Positions 13,000-26,739 are shown, numbered from the whole stretch's first letter. The stretch: 63,501 bases of DNA, filler included, from Octopus bimaculoides (GCF_001194135.2; 8 parts of 6 records of this genome joined end to end with filler, not necessarily neighbours in it), one strand, 5' to 3'. Translations and numbers: made by a program. The notes: generated by a model from the letters alone, not told the origin.

Positions 13000-13960
13000 A
13001 CACACAACCACCTCCACCACCCCCACACATACATGTACGGAAAGAGGGACTGAGAGCAACCAGCCTCTACGTCCGCGCTCCCCTTATCTATATATTCATT
13101 CCTTCTTTCCTTTCTTCCTTCCCACTTACTGCCTCTACTTCTACATTTCTTACCTGTCTATCATCCATCACGCAGCATCTACACACCTTTCCTCCTCCTA
13201 CTTTGACGGCCACCCGATCTCTCTCTCTCTTCATCTATCTCATCACTACTACTACTACTACCACCACCACCACCACCACAGCCACAACCACCACCACTAC
13301 CACCATCACAACCACAGCCGCCATTCATTATTGCCAACCCCACCGCAGTCCATGACTACCACCACCTACCTACCCACCCCTCTCCTTATTGCCATTACTT
13401 TCCGTCACCTGCATCTATCGATACTACCACCATCAATACTGCCTGCCACCGCAACCACTACCTACTGCCACCTCAACTACCACTGTCTCACGTTGTCACC
13501 ACCACCACCACTACGAGAGATTCCATTATTTTGGTACAGTTGCATATATGGACAGCAACAAACCACCACCTCCTTCAATACTACTACTACTACTACTACC
13601 AACAACAACAACAACACCATCCACACAATCACCACCACCATCATCATCATCTCCACCTCCACCACCATCATCATCATCATCATCACCACCACCACCTCCA
13701 CCACCATCATCATCACCACCACCTCCACCACTACTACCGCTACAACTACTACCACTACGACTCCCGTAACCACCGCTACCGTCATCACCATTGCCAACTT
13801 AACTAACCACCGACACCACTGCATCAGCCACAGTGATAACTTCAACTACGAGGATACCACCACTTTCATACTACCACCACCACACTACCACCAACACCAA
13901 CACAAGCACCGACGCCACGTCCGCAATTACGCAAACAACCGACCACCTACCCACTCGCAC
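13000..13960. repeat. Degenerate (CAC)/(CAT)/(TAC) triplet low-complexity tract
   Basis: Read directly; it explains the poly-T/H/P ORFs. Confidence 0.9.
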
Positions 13961-14269
13961 TACTTTGCTAGTAATAGCAGCCAATTGTCTAGCCGATCAC
14001 ACAGTAGTGTGTGCCTTCGCAAAATGAAGTGGTGTGCAATGGGACATGCATAATGTTGGATGTAGGAAAAAAAACCCAAAAGAGGGTTGGCCATGATTGG
14101 ATTGATCATTAGTGTGATCGATATCAGAACTAGGATGCTGCAATGACAGCAACAAAAGAAGATGACGGCACCACTACCACCATCACAGCAACCGTTACCA
14201 CTAAACAACAAGTGTCATTACCTCTACTACACTTGTATATATATATGTGTGTGTGTGTGTGTAGTTGAG

Positions 14270-14320
<51 letters not shown>

Positions 14321-14322
<2 letters not shown>

Positions 14323-14424
14323 CAGGGTGTCCACAAGGTCTAGGTACATGGAGGAAATAAAATCATAACAAACAAATATAAGAAATATTAATTTCTTAAA
14401 GTATGTGTTAATCCCCCATGTACC
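14321..14424 (+). mobile_element. Tc1/mariner-type end, cut by a gap
   Basis: TA+CAGGGTGTCCACAA start after (TG)n. Confidence 0.45.
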
Positions 14425-14524
14425 NNNNNNNNNNNNNNNNNNNNNNNNNNNNNNNNNNNNNNNNNNNNTTAATTAATTAANNNNNNNNNNNNNNNNNNNN
14501 NNNNNNNNNNNNNNNNNNNNNNNN

Positions 14525-14597
<73 letters not shown>

Positions 14598-14717
14598 TAT
14601 ACACATTAATATAATGAAATATATTTCTTTCTTAGAATGTTGGATCTCGAAGGAGATAAGCTATAAATAATGATTTCGAATTTTTGACAGAAAGCCAGTA
14701 GTTGTAACGAAGGAGAT

Positions 14718-14886
14718 AAATCGATTACATCGATCCCAATGGTCAAATGGAGCTAATTTTATCGACCCGGAAACATGAAAAACAAGGTCGACCCTGGCGG
14801 CATTTGAACTCAGAACGTAAAGCTGGACGAAATACCGCTAAGCATATTTTTGTCCAGTGCGGTAACGGTTCTACCAGCTTGTCGCC
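14718..14886 (-). mobile_element. tRNA-derived SINE, local family 2
   Basis: gcatttgaactcagaacgtaaa...gaaataccgctaagcat is the reverse complement of the family-2 head. Confidence 0.7.
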
Positions 14887-14897
14887 TTATATATTCA

Positions 14898-15186
14898 GTA
14901 AATAATTTGTTAAAAGCCCTTTGGATAGAATAAAACGAAGGTTACTCGTAGGACAGCCTTCAAACTATCTCCTGTAAACACGACAGACGTTCTAGCATTG
15001 AACCAAAGCAATCCTTCGAATTTCTCTCTCCATTTTGAGGCTTTGTACTTTCCAGAGAAAATTGTGTGTCTTTTGCATCGTAATAATTTATAAACTTCAA
15101 TGCTAAAACGCCTGAAGATGTGGATTCGAGTCCCACGGGCAACCTTTGACTTTTTCAATCCAAAGGGCTTTTAACACAATGTTTAC
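14898..15186. mobile_element. About 290-bp foldback / MITE-like element with long imperfect inverted arms
   Basis: Left gtaaataatttgttaaaagccctttggatagaa...aaggttactcgtaggac versus right-arm reverse complement gtaaacattgtgttaaaagccctttggattgaa...aaggttgcccgtgggac. Inner match cagacgttctagcattgaa / caggcgttttagcattgaa. Confidence 0.75.
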
Positions 15187-16169
15187 ACAATATTATTAAC
15201 ATCTGATCTGCTTCGAGATCCAACGTTCCAATAAAGAATTATTTCAACTTCTCTCGAAGTTCATAAATTATGATGTCAAATAAAATATATAACATTTTTA
15301 GGAGGAGGAGGAGGAGGAGGAGGACGAGGAGGAGGAGNNNNNNNNNNNNNNNNNNNNNNNNNNNNNNNNNNNNNNNNNNNNNNNNNNNNNNNNNNNNNNN
15401 NNNNNNNNNNNNNNNNNNNNNNNNNNNNNNNNNNNNNNNNNNNNNNNNNNNNNNNNNNNNNNNNNNNNNNNNNNNNNNNNNNNNNNNNNNNNNNNNNNNN
15501 NNNNNNNNNNNNNNNNNNNNNNNNNNNNNNNNNNNNNNNNNNNNNNNNNNNNNNNNNNNNNNNNNNNNNNNNNNNNNNNNNNNNNNNNNNNNNNNNNNNN
15601 NNNNNNNNNNNNNNNNNNNNNNNNNNNNNNNNNNNNNNNNNNNNNNNNNNNNNNNNNNNNNNNNNNNNNNNNNNNNNNNNNNNNNNNNNNNNNNNNNNNN
15701 NNNNNNNNNNNNNNNNNNNNNNNNNNNNNNNNNNNNNNNNNNNNNNNGAGGAGGACGGGGAGGAGGAGGACGGGGAGGAGGAGGACGGGGAGGAGGAGGA
15801 CGAGTGGTAGTAGTAGTACATGCTAAATTATCTTGAAAAGTTATTCTGTGTTGAGACGTTTCCGATTAGTCAGGCGATTGAAAAAGGAAAACAGTGTTAC
15901 AATATATATTGGGGAAATGTTCGCAGACACATCGAAATATGAATAGTCATCAAGATGTGATTCAATGCAAAAGAACGCCAGAAAACGCGTCATTTCCATA
16001 TACTTAGTAACAATTATATATAAAACTTGTCATATTTTCGCCTATTTGAATACAAATGCTTCACGAGAAATTCCTATGTCTTCAGTATATGATTTAAACA
16101 TTAAAAAAAAGCGGGGAGGATGGCCAATGATAATGCGTACCGGACTCGCTTCTCCGTGCCACCGATGCT

Positions 16170-16361
16170 GCCCAAAGGAAAGTAAAGGGCTGATACAGCT
16201 TCGGCACCAGTGACGTTGCAACTCATTTCTGAAGCTGAGTGAACTGGAGCAACGTGAAATAAAGTGTCTTGCTCAAGGACACAGCACGCAGACTGGTCCG
16301 AGAATCGAACTCAATACTTCATGATTGTGAGCCCGACACTCTAACCACTGAGCCATGCGCC

Positions 16362-16364
<3 letters not shown>
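16170..16364 (-). mobile_element. SINE family 1 copy
   Basis: gcaacgtgaaataaagtgtcttgctcaaggacac...ctaaccactgagccatgcgccttc is the reverse complement of the head and core. Confidence 0.75.
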
Positions 16365-16408
<44 letters not shown>

Positions 16409-16424
16409 TTATATATATATATAT

Positions 16425-16990
16425 TCTTTATTCTTTTACGTTTTAACAATTTGCCCGCGGCCATGCTGGAGCACATCCTTAAAGGGGTTTAGCCGAAGAA
16501 ATCGACCCCAGGGCTTATTCTTTGCAAGCCTAGTATTTATTCCATCGGTTTGTTTTGCCGAACCACTAAGTTTCCAATATCGGTTGTCAAGTGATGGCAG
16601 GGAGACAAATACAGACACAAAGACACATACATATGTGTGTGTGTGTGTGTATACGACGGGCTTCTTTTCGGTTTCTTTCAACCAAGTCCACTCTCAAAGC
16701 TTTGGTTAACCCGAGACTATAGAAGAAGACACTTGCGTAAGGTGAACCCGGTACAATGTGATTGGGAAGCAAGCTTATATGTGTTTGTCCCCGTAGCAGT
16801 GTTTGACAACCAATGCTGGTGTGTTTATGTTATGTCCCCCGTAACATAGCGGTTCGGCAAAAGAGACCGATAGAATAAGTGTACTAGGCTTACAAAGAAT
16901 AAATCCCGGGGTCGGTTTGCTCGACTAAAGGCGGTGTTCCAGCATGGCCGCAGTCAAAATGACTGAAACAAGTAAAAGAGAGAAAGAGTG
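16425..16990. mobile_element. Inverted pair of SINE family 3 copies (- 16425-16775, + 16776-16990)
   Basis: The same 3' half appears on both strands. The minus copy retains the head (cgacgggcttc...gggaagcaagctt). Confidence 0.8.
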
Positions 16991-17870
16991 AGTATACATA
17001 TATATATATATATACATATATNNNNNNNNNNNNNNNNNNNNNNNNNNNNNNNNNNNNNNNNNNNNNNNNNNNNNNNNNNNNNNNNNNNNNNNNNNNNNNN
17101 NNNNNNNNNNNNNNNNNNNNNNNNNNNNNNNNNNNNNNNNNNNNNNNNNNNNNNNNNNNNNNNNNNNNNNNNNNNNNNNNNNNNNNNNNNNNNNNNNNNN
17201 NNNNNNNNNNNNNNNNNNNNNNNNNNNNNNNNNNNNNNNNNNNNNNNNNNNNNNNNNNNNNNNNNNNNNNNNNNNNNNNNNNNNNNNNNNNNNNNNNNNN
17301 NNNNNNNNNNNNNNNNNNNNNNNNNNNNNNNNNNNNNNNNNNNNNNNNNNNNNNNNNNNNNNNNNNNNNNNNNNNNNNNNNNNNNNNNNNNNNNNNNNNN
17401 NNNNNNNNNNNNNNNNNNNNNNNNNNNNNNNNNNNNNNNNNNNNNNNNNNNNNNNNNNNNNNNNNNNNNNNNNNNNNNNNNNNNNNNNNNNNNNNNNNNN
17501 NNNNNNNNNNNNNNNNNNNNNNNNNNNNNNNNNNNNNNNNNNNNNNNNNNNNNNNNNNNNNNNNNNNNNNNNNNNNNNNNNNNNNNNNNNNNNNNNNNNN
17601 NNNNNNNNNNNNNNNNNNNNNNNNNNNNNNNNNNNNNNNNNNNNNNNNNNNNNNNNNNNNNNNNNNNNNNNNNNNNNNNNNNNNNNNNNNNNNNNNNNNN
17701 NNNNNNNNNNNNNNNNNNNNNNNNNNNNNNNNNNNNNNNNNNNNNNNNNNNNNNNNNNNNNNNNNNNNNNNNNNNNNNNNNNNNNNNNNNNNNNNNNNNN
17801 NNNNNNNNNNNNNNNNNNNNNNNNNNNNNNNNNNNNNNNNNNNNNNNNNNNNNNNNNNNNNNNNNNNNNG

Positions 17871-18090
17871 AGCTGGCAGAAACGTTAGCACGCCGGGCAA
17901 AATGCTTAGCGGTATTTCGTCTGCCGCTACGTTCTGAGTTCAAATTCCGCCGAGGTCGACTTTGCCTTTCATCCTTTCGCGGTCGATTAAATATGTACCA
18001 GTTACGCACTGGGGTCGATGTAATAGACTTAATCCGTTTGTCTGTCCTTGTTTGTCCCCTCTGTGTGTAGCCCCTTGGGGGTAGTAAAGA
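17871..18090 (+). mobile_element. SINE family 2, near complete
   Basis: gctggcagaaacgttagcacgccgggc head, gagttcaaattcc B-box, and core gactttgcctttcatcctttc.ggtcga..aa.tacca. Confidence 0.85.
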
Positions 18091-18119
18091 AATGACATAC
18101 ATGCATATATACATATAGC

Positions 18120-18288
18120 AGGGCTTCTGCACAGTATCCGCCCACCATATCCACTCATGGGGCTTCGGGCGCTCCAGCGCTATAGTTGGAACACGTGTCC
18201 AAAAGTACCGCAGAGTAGGACCGAAAGCGAGACCATATGGTTCGGAAGCAATATTCTTGCCCACACAGCCACGCCAAATTTCCCAAAC
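18120..18288 (-). mobile_element. SINE family 3, head fragment
   Basis: gggcttctgcacagt...atccactca...cccacacagccacgcc. Confidence 0.6.
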
Positions 18289-18289
18289 C

Positions 18290-18590
18290 CTTCGGCCTGG
18301 CAGTGCCACATCGCGGAGATTTCCCTGCTTGTTTGTGATCAATTTTACAGCATGATCACGTTGGAGCATCTAACAACAGAATCTGTCCGAGCTGTGAACA
18401 GGGCAACGTAACCGTTCGGTACACACTCATCAAGTATCCGTACTTTGTTAATTTGTGGGTATACGTTGAATAGCTGTTATCATGTATGGGATGGAACCAG
18501 CTATCTACTGAGTCTGTCGACAAGATCCATGTCACCGCCCGCCTTTTGTAAGGTAGTTGAGGGCAGATTAAGATGTGCCGGAACCACCCC
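18290..18590 (+). mobile_element. Degenerate L1/Tx1-type LINE C-terminal (zinc-knuckle region) fragment
   Basis: Frameshifted SAWQCH...LLVCDQFYS, then ICPSCEQGNVTVRYTLIKYPYFVNLWVYVE*LLSCMGWNQLSTESVDKI. This resembles the post-RT W..C/CxxC..ET..H...CP..LW pattern. Confidence 0.55.
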
Positions 18591-18775
18591 CAAATCCAAC
18601 AAATTTTAAGAAAGGTGGGTGAGATTGGCGAAGCTAAAACATCATCATCTCAATCATTATCACAATCATCATCACATCATAATCATCATCATTCAATACC
18701 GTCATCGTCGTCATCGTCATCGTCGTCATCCTCCTTTTCATCAGGCTCACCGTCATAATTTTCATCATCATCGTC

Positions 18776-18813
<38 letters not shown>

Positions 18814-19439
18814 CATCCTCATCATCATCATCATCATCATCATCATAATTAAAGCAACATCTGAAAAAATATAGCACAATAGGAGTTAATAACAACAATT
18901 AAACCTTTATTTACCTTATTCACGACTAATTTATTTATGCATTCTTAACGCTGTTGCAGGTTGGCAGAGCGTCGGACGAAAGTCCATGTGGAGTGTTGTG
19001 TGCGTGTGTGTGTGTGTGTGCGTGTGTGTGTGTGTGTGCGCGCGTGCGTGTGTGTGCGTGTGCTGGATTTTTGCGTTCTGCATTCAAATCTTGCCCAGAT
19101 CAACTGCGTCATTCCATCCCTCTGCGGTTGTTAAAATGAAGTGCCACTCGGGTACTGGAATCGATATATTCCACTGTTCATCTCACCCAGAGCTTCAGAT
19201 CTTAGACCTCTCTCAGGAACGACTGTAATTAATATATTAAATGAAGGCGATGAAAGATAATAAAAGCAACGGAACAGATATTGGTTTCAACTTTTGACAC
19301 GCCAGCAGTATTGAACTGGTACTTATTTCATTGACCTTGCAAGGATGAAAAGCAAAGGCGACCACGACGGGATTTCTATCGCCTTTATAATAATATAAAT
19401 TGTTTCTAAGAAAAACCCAAAGCGATGAATAAGTCTTTC

Positions 19440-19640
19440 TATTACAGGCACAAGGCCTGATGTTTCGGGGGGAGGATTGATTACATCGACTCTAGAATTT
19501 CACTGGTACTTAATTCATCGACTCCCGAAAGGATGAAAGGCAAAGTCGGCGCCGGTGGCATTTGAACTCAGAACGTAAAGACAGACCTCTAAGCATTTCG
19601 CCAGGCATGCTAACGACTCTGCCAACACGCCGCCTTCAAG
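19440..19640 (-). mobile_element. SINE family 2 copy
   Basis: Reverse complement of 17871-18020. Confidence 0.8.
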
Positions 19641-19708
19641 GCCATGAATAATGGGATAAGGTGGAGTGAAGCAGTTGGCGAAATCTGATCCAGTATTCTC
19701 TTGTTTGT

Positions 19709-20090
19709 GGAGGCGCAATGGCCCATTAGTTAGGGCAGCAGACTCGCGGTCATAGGATCGCGGTTTCGATTCCCAGACCGGGCGTTGTGAGTGTTTATTG
19801 AGCGAAAACACCTAATGCTCCACGAGGCTCCGGCAGGGGATGGTGGCGAACCCTGCTGTACTCTTTCACCACAACTTTCTTTCACTCTTACTTCCGGTTT
19901 CTGTTGTGCCTGTAATTCAAAGGGTCAGCCTTGTCACACTGTGTCACGCTGAATATCCCCGAGAACTACGTTAAGGGTACACGTGTCTGTGGAGTGCTCA
20001 GTCACTTGCACGTTAATTTCACGAGCAGGCTGTTCCGTTGATCGGATCAACTGGGACCCTGGACATCGTAAGCGATGGAGTGCCAACAAA
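19709..20090 (+). mobile_element. SINE family 1 (subfamily), apparently full length
   Basis: ggaggcgcaatggccc.ttagttagg head and ggtttcgattccc B-box. Near-identical inverted copy at 62426-62745. Confidence 0.85.
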
Positions 20091-20510
20091 ATTCTCTGGT
20101 TTAAAAAAAATACCCAGTTATCGTGACTCATGTTCTTCACAGAGCTTCTGTAAAATACAAGAGTCGTTACTGCATTTAACTATCCCTGTTCAATCGTTGA
20201 GATCACTATCAAAAACCAGGCGCCCATCCTGGGTCTAGTTTTGATCAAAGACGGTGGCTTTGTATCAAAGACAACCCAAATAAAAGGGAAAATACGAGAC
20301 AGAACCATTTCGTTACGACTAGCATCATGTTTAACTAACTAGAAAACCCACAGAAACAAGGCATTTTAAAGGAAAGAGGAAAAGGTTTAATAAATCATTG
20401 AGATTAACCTCTGTTCGCCCCTATTAAATCATCGACACGTGCCTCGGCTTGTAAAGGCTAAGGGAATAGGTTGTGAACTACTACTACTACTACTACTACT
20501 ACAATTGCTT

Positions 20511-20552
<42 letters not shown>

Positions 20553-20690
20553 ATGACGATGATGATAGTGGTTGTGGTCATCTGTCCAGACGCCCTACCC
20601 GCCAAACAAGTAGAGTATGGAACGACTATGGGCACCGCCCTTCCTACTCAATTCCAATTATAGCAAATTATACAATTAGTAGTAGTAGTA

Positions 20691-20723
<33 letters not shown>

Positions 20724-21589
20724 TAACAATCACATCACCAAATTACCCATGCTCCGAAAGAATTAGCAATGAGAGAGAGACGTGTTTCAGCCCTGGGTCG
20801 AGAAGTCTCCTTTTTGTTCCCTCGTAGAATGTTGGCACCAATGATCGGACTTCCGGTGCCCGACTGAACTGGATATTAATACTGTTGCGTACTGGCGGCG
20901 GCGGCGGTGGTGGTGGTGGTAATGATGATGATTACCATGGTGGTGGCGGCGGCGATGATGGAGATGGTGGCGATGGAAGCAGTGGTGATGTCAGGGGTGA
21001 TGTCGATGGTGAAGCTGATGATGGTGCCACCACCGCCGCCGCCGCTGCCTCTGCCGCCGACGAGGCCGTCGACGGGGAGCCGCGGGTGTGGTGTGGGTAA
21101 ATGGGAGCAGCGGGGTAGCACAAAAAGAAAAAAAGTGTGTTTAAGGACAGTGGTAATACTAAATTCCCTGGTGGGCCAACTAGGAAAAGATAATTAGCAG
21201 TGAGAAATTAACTAATTTGTGTTTAGAATATTCGGCATGCCTCTCCTTCTAAATAGCTGTCTGCAATGGAAATGAACCAGCAGCTGTATAAATTCACCAG
21301 TTCAGTTGACGCGGTACATTGGAAAGTCCGTGCTTGTATGTGTCTGTTTGTGTTTGTGTTTGTATGTATGTGTGTGTGTATAGATACGTATATATTTATA
21401 TATATATATATATATANNNNNNNNNNNNNNNNNNNNNNNNNNNNNNNNNNNNNNNNNNNNTTAATTAATTAANNNNNNNNNNNNNNNNNNNNNNNNNNNN
21501 NNNNNNNNNNNNNNNNCGTATGTAGTACGCACTAGGGATATATATATATATATATATCCCTAGTACTTCTACTATTATCCCAGGCCGAC

Positions 21590-21678
21590 TAAAACCGTCT
21601 GAATGCCAAACGGAAACTGTGTGGAAGCCCGTCGTGCGCACACACTCACACACATATACGTATATGTATGTATGTATG

Positions 21679-21717
<39 letters not shown>

Positions 21718-21950
21718 GTGTGTGTGTCTGTGTGTGTCTTTCTGTTAGTGTTGTGTTTTCTCCTCCAAAACTACTTGACAACTGCTGTTGGTTTCTCCAA
21801 GTCCCCGTATACTAGTGACTCGGTAAAAAGAGACTAGGCTCTAAAAGGAAAATTACTCGGGTCGATTTGTAAGACTAAATCTTTGCAAGGCGATGCTCCA
21901 GCATGGCCACAATCCAACGACTGAAACAAGTAAAAGATAAATCATAAAAG
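21590..21950 (+). mobile_element. SINE family 3 copy with expanded internal microsatellite
   Basis: ggaaactgtgtggaagcccgtcg, then (CA)(TATG)(TATC)(TG) repeats, then the 3' half ending gactgaaacaagtaaaagata. Confidence 0.7.
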
Positions 21951-22963
21951 ATATAAACATACACACACACATACATCCCATACACGCGCCTCACACACAT
22001 GTGCGCATAATAAGTTTTAACAGCCAGTTAACTTCAAAAACGAGTTTTGATTACTCTGATTTAACCTGAAACATCTACAAAAACCGAGGCTCTCGCACAA
22101 CTTGCACAAAGGGCAACTGTTCATGATTTCAAATTTACAATTTCAAATACTCTTCTGTAACAGGTTGATCTTTTACGAACCTCGGAGGTTTCATTTCGAA
22201 GTAATGCAACCACGTAAAGGAGAAAGTATGATTCGTGCTCGTGGTGATGTTTCTGGAAGACTATCAAAGCATACATATATATTATATCAAAGCAGATACA
22301 TATATATTACATATATATTCCTTTGACGTAGAGTTATGTTTTACGCTATAAACATGTGCATTAAATATAAGAAGTAGCGACCAATATGTCGTAACAATTG
22401 TAGTATCGTCTCCTTGATTGTAAAAATCTACGACAAGAATGCTCGAGCATCCAAATTTAACATTAAATATTCAAAGTTCACGCTCTGTTAATAATAGACA
22501 GGAATATCCCTCATATACAATGAGAATATTTTCGTGCAAAACTCCTTTAAAGTGCTCGATAAACCTGTGCATAAATGAACAAAATTAAACTCAATGCTGT
22601 AATTTATTAATATGTAAAGTAATGCGAACGATAAGAAACATATACATACATCAAAGCAAATATATTAGAATAAATGCATATATTTTATGTACTTTCTATT
22701 TATATATTCTTTATGGAGATGTTGTAAGTCAAAAACATTGTATTATTTTAACATATAGGCTTTGATTTATATTCAAGTGACTTATCGTTCGCGTTATTCC
22801 ATATATTAATATATTTTGAGCATGAGCTTGATTTATTCTATTATGCACAAGTTTATCGAGTATTTTAAATGAACTTTGCACAGAAATATTCTCACTATAT
22901 TTCAGAAATATTTATGTCTGTCGTTATTAACATGGTCCATATCTGAATTTTAATATCTAATGT

Positions 22964-23029
<66 letters not shown>

Positions 23030-26000
23030 GTGTGTGTGTGCGTGTGTGTGTGTGTGTGTTTGTGTGTGTGTGTATGTATGTATGTATGTATGTATGTATA
23101 TTTATATACATATATATATACATATATATAATATACATATATATACACATATACATTAACATATATATACATATACATTTACATATATATATGTATGTTA
23201 CTATGTACGCATGTGCTTATGTATTTATAAGTATATACATATATAAGTATATGCTACCGTAAATTACTTTAAAGCCATTAAATTTTTGATATTTGTTAAG
23301 TGTTGAAACAAAATTGATAATCAATACATATATTAATGCAAAGGTATTAATAAGTGTTTAAAACGGACGATAAATATTTGTATGATAATTCCTTTTAAAA
23401 AAATATATTTTTTAAAGTGTCTTACTTGATTATATATTCCCGTCTTTATAAGTTTAGAACCACGTATACAAAATTTTTGAAAATTCAAGATTACAAGTCA
23501 AGTGCATGTTATGCTAATTGCGACATTAGAAATGAGAGAGCAACAAAGTTTCTCACCTACGACTTAAACGTGCATTCCAGGCAAATTGGTCACTCTTAGA
23601 AGTTGCAGACTAACAAAAACAACCCCCTAAAAAGGTAGAATTATTCTCAAACTCTCAGAGGCCAACAGCAGTATAGCTGTACGTGATATCAAGGAGAAAC
23701 TGTTCTTGCACAATATACTTACAATATTAGTGACAACTTTTCGCAGTGGTATCGGATAAAGACTTCACTCTCAAAATGACATTCATTTTACTTAATAAGC
23801 AAAGAGCAGACCTCAGATTCATATCATGTAAGATGCCTTGCTCAGTAAAGTCTTTTCGGCTATTTAAGTTAATACAATGTAGTTTCCGTTTTCTAAGTAA
23901 AACGATAAAATGTCTTTGCTATCATTTTCTGTTCTTGTTTACCATCCGATCATCAACAATGTTGTCATAATCCCCCGAACAGTGTGTCCGAATACATACA
24001 GCATCAAGCACAACAAGATTTTTTTTTTAAATACCGTGAATTTATTTCTACCATGTGCAACTAATCACTGATATTCTCATTAAAGTGTATTGCTTGTACA
24101 TTGGAATTAAAAATGATTTGCTCCAAAAGAATAAAAAATAACAACACTTAACGTTTTTGTCATTATAGATCATGATTAGGCTTACTCAATCAAATTCGTG
24201 GTCTAATCCTTCTCGAGCAAGCTGACACGGGTAGAAAACGGTTATGAAGAATGCGTGTAGAGAAGAAAACCTGAGTTGCAATTTTGTCTCAACAAGGATA
24301 TTAATACAATATTAAGAGGTTTGGAGCTTATGGTTTATCTTCAATCTCAAAGTTTTATAGACTATAGGTACTGTCATGGCATAATTGAGCATGTAAATGT
24401 AAGACGAATGTAACTCAAACTTAATTTCATCATACCCACAGGAACTGCAAACCAAAGATACGCTCATCAATCCATGTTGTTGTTTTCTTAATACCCTGCC
24501 TAATTTAAAAGATCTATAATGATCACATACATTCTTATGATATTATTCTTGTTTTATCAGACAGTATATGGATTATGCATGTGCGTTGTTTTTCTTTAGT
24601 AAGCACTATAGGATGTAATTTAAGGGAAATGTGGCTGCTACCTCTAGCAGACCGAGTGACAAAGTAGCAGCTTCTTCGTGCACCTATTGAGATACTGAGC
24701 AACTGCATCAAACTAGGAGCATATTGCAGTTCAGATAATAGTATACAAACAACCAACTTTGCACCTGATTGTCCGAAATTAGGACGACTCGTTCATATAC
24801 AAACCAAACGTTAACTCGGAACCTTGAGAGACTAAACTAGTTAAAGCATCAAATGCTTTAAAACAGTCGGATTTTCAATAAACAATAACATATAAATATG
24901 TAACTCAAGTTAATACTTTAACTTGAGATGAATAAAGAAGAAAAATACATTCGGTATCGTATTAGAGTGGATTTCTCTGATGGATTATTCTTAGCAATTA
25001 GGTTCTTGCCGTGGCTGTGGCTGTAAGCTTCCATAATACTATGTCCTTTGGTTCAATCTTAAACAAGCACCAAATTTCCCAGATAATAAAGAATCTATTA
25101 ATTTTTTTGTCTGGATATACATAAGGAGTGAATGAAACAGTGAACTTCATCGTTTCAATAAGAGAATTATTCCTATGTGTGATTAAAGAACTTATGTTAA
25201 CGAACAATCTAAAATACGATATAAGCAGGTCATTGGCTTTACCAATAAGTCAAGTGTATTCTAAATATGTACATCCATTTGATGTAATATGTGTACATGG
25301 CAACCCAGTATCAAGAAACTCGACCGGAATATTTTTCAAAGTGAGATCGAACCAAGGTTATTTGCATTATATACTGACATTTTATCAATTATGATTTAGT
25401 GACAGTCGAAACTAAGAAAATAATCCGGCTCAAGAGGAGATAATAAAAGATCGGAATACTTGATTCCACTTTCAGGATTGAATCCCAACCTATTTGAAGG
25501 AATTTTATTATGGAACATTATATCTTCAACATTTTCTGTCTCCGTCCTTTCTCTGCTGTTCTATTTCTTTTCAGAGATAATCGGCTTTGCAATATTCCCG
25601 TTAAGTTGCGAGAATTGTTATCGGCTTAGTTTGTGGTTACATCGGATGGGTCAAGTAAGAAGTTGTTTCAGAATATAAGTCAAGCCTTGAAGGAGAGCTA
25701 GCGCAATTTAAGTACACTGATTCGGATTATGAAACTGTTGTTAGAATTGAGAGCGCTTTACTATCAAAAGCCACTCTCAACATGTCGGATATCGAATAGA
25801 TGCTAAAATATATCAAATACAAATAACACTGAAATATGGAGATTTCGTGGTTTAGAGTTCCTAAATAACTGCACTACAAAGCCAATGCAAGATTTATATC
25901 GATAATTTTTCTATTCTTATATGTAGGTAGGCGCATGTCTTTTTAGAATGAGCTTGTGTTTGGATATAAGCATATATATATGCTGCATATGTGTATATGT

Positions 26001-26739
26001 ATGTGTATATGCGTGCCTGTATGTGCAGGTCTGTGTGTGTCTGTGTGTGTGTGTGGTGTGAAATACTTCCAAACAAAGAACTCAATTTTGTTTCGTTATT
26101 TTTATTTGTTGCAATATGTTCTTTATCAGAAACTCGGTAAGTAGTAGAAAGGATAAAGTGCCGGATTAAATGCCAAACGGTTAAATGCTTTAGTTACAAT
26201 TCAATGTTTCAATTCAAACACCGCAGCGTTAACTCTGTCTATTCCTCCTCCGGGGGCCATTGAAGATAAGTTGCAAGCGTGAGCATGAAATAATTCAGTT
26301 CACTAGCTCTGTTTCCGATTCGATTCCTGGATGAGGTCAAATCACCTCATTTACACCACTAATACTCCTCAAATACTCTTCCTTCCGTATTATAAGTAAA
26401 CATAAAGTTCGTGTGCCTTTCATAAAAAGGGGTCAGTATACGACTATATTTTTTCTAAGTACAATGGGTCGTAGAGAAGAGCTAATTTCCGCAAACCCGG
26501 TATAGCATTGAAGTACAGATTTCTAGCATTATCTAGTTGATTTCAATTTGTTATTGGTTCAAATCCCACACTTTACAAGGTGGCAAATGTTTCACCAACA
26601 AACGTTTGATGTATACAGGTCCAAATCATTATCGTAATTGAATAAAAAACAATAAACCATTAACTACATGAAGACACCGTTATCATCTGCCTAACTTCAC
26701 TACTAGTTCCATAGTAATAACCGTGTAAAATATAAGATT

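Noticed and set aside
12764-14053. 429-aa His/Thr-rich ORF and overlapping ORFs
   Set aside because: Produced by CAC/CAT/TAC triplet repeats that lack stops in several frames on both strands; no domain.
19180-19228. LRR-like peptide HPELQILDLSQERL
   Set aside because: A single short match lacking the conserved Asn, followed by a stop and without convincing splice sites.
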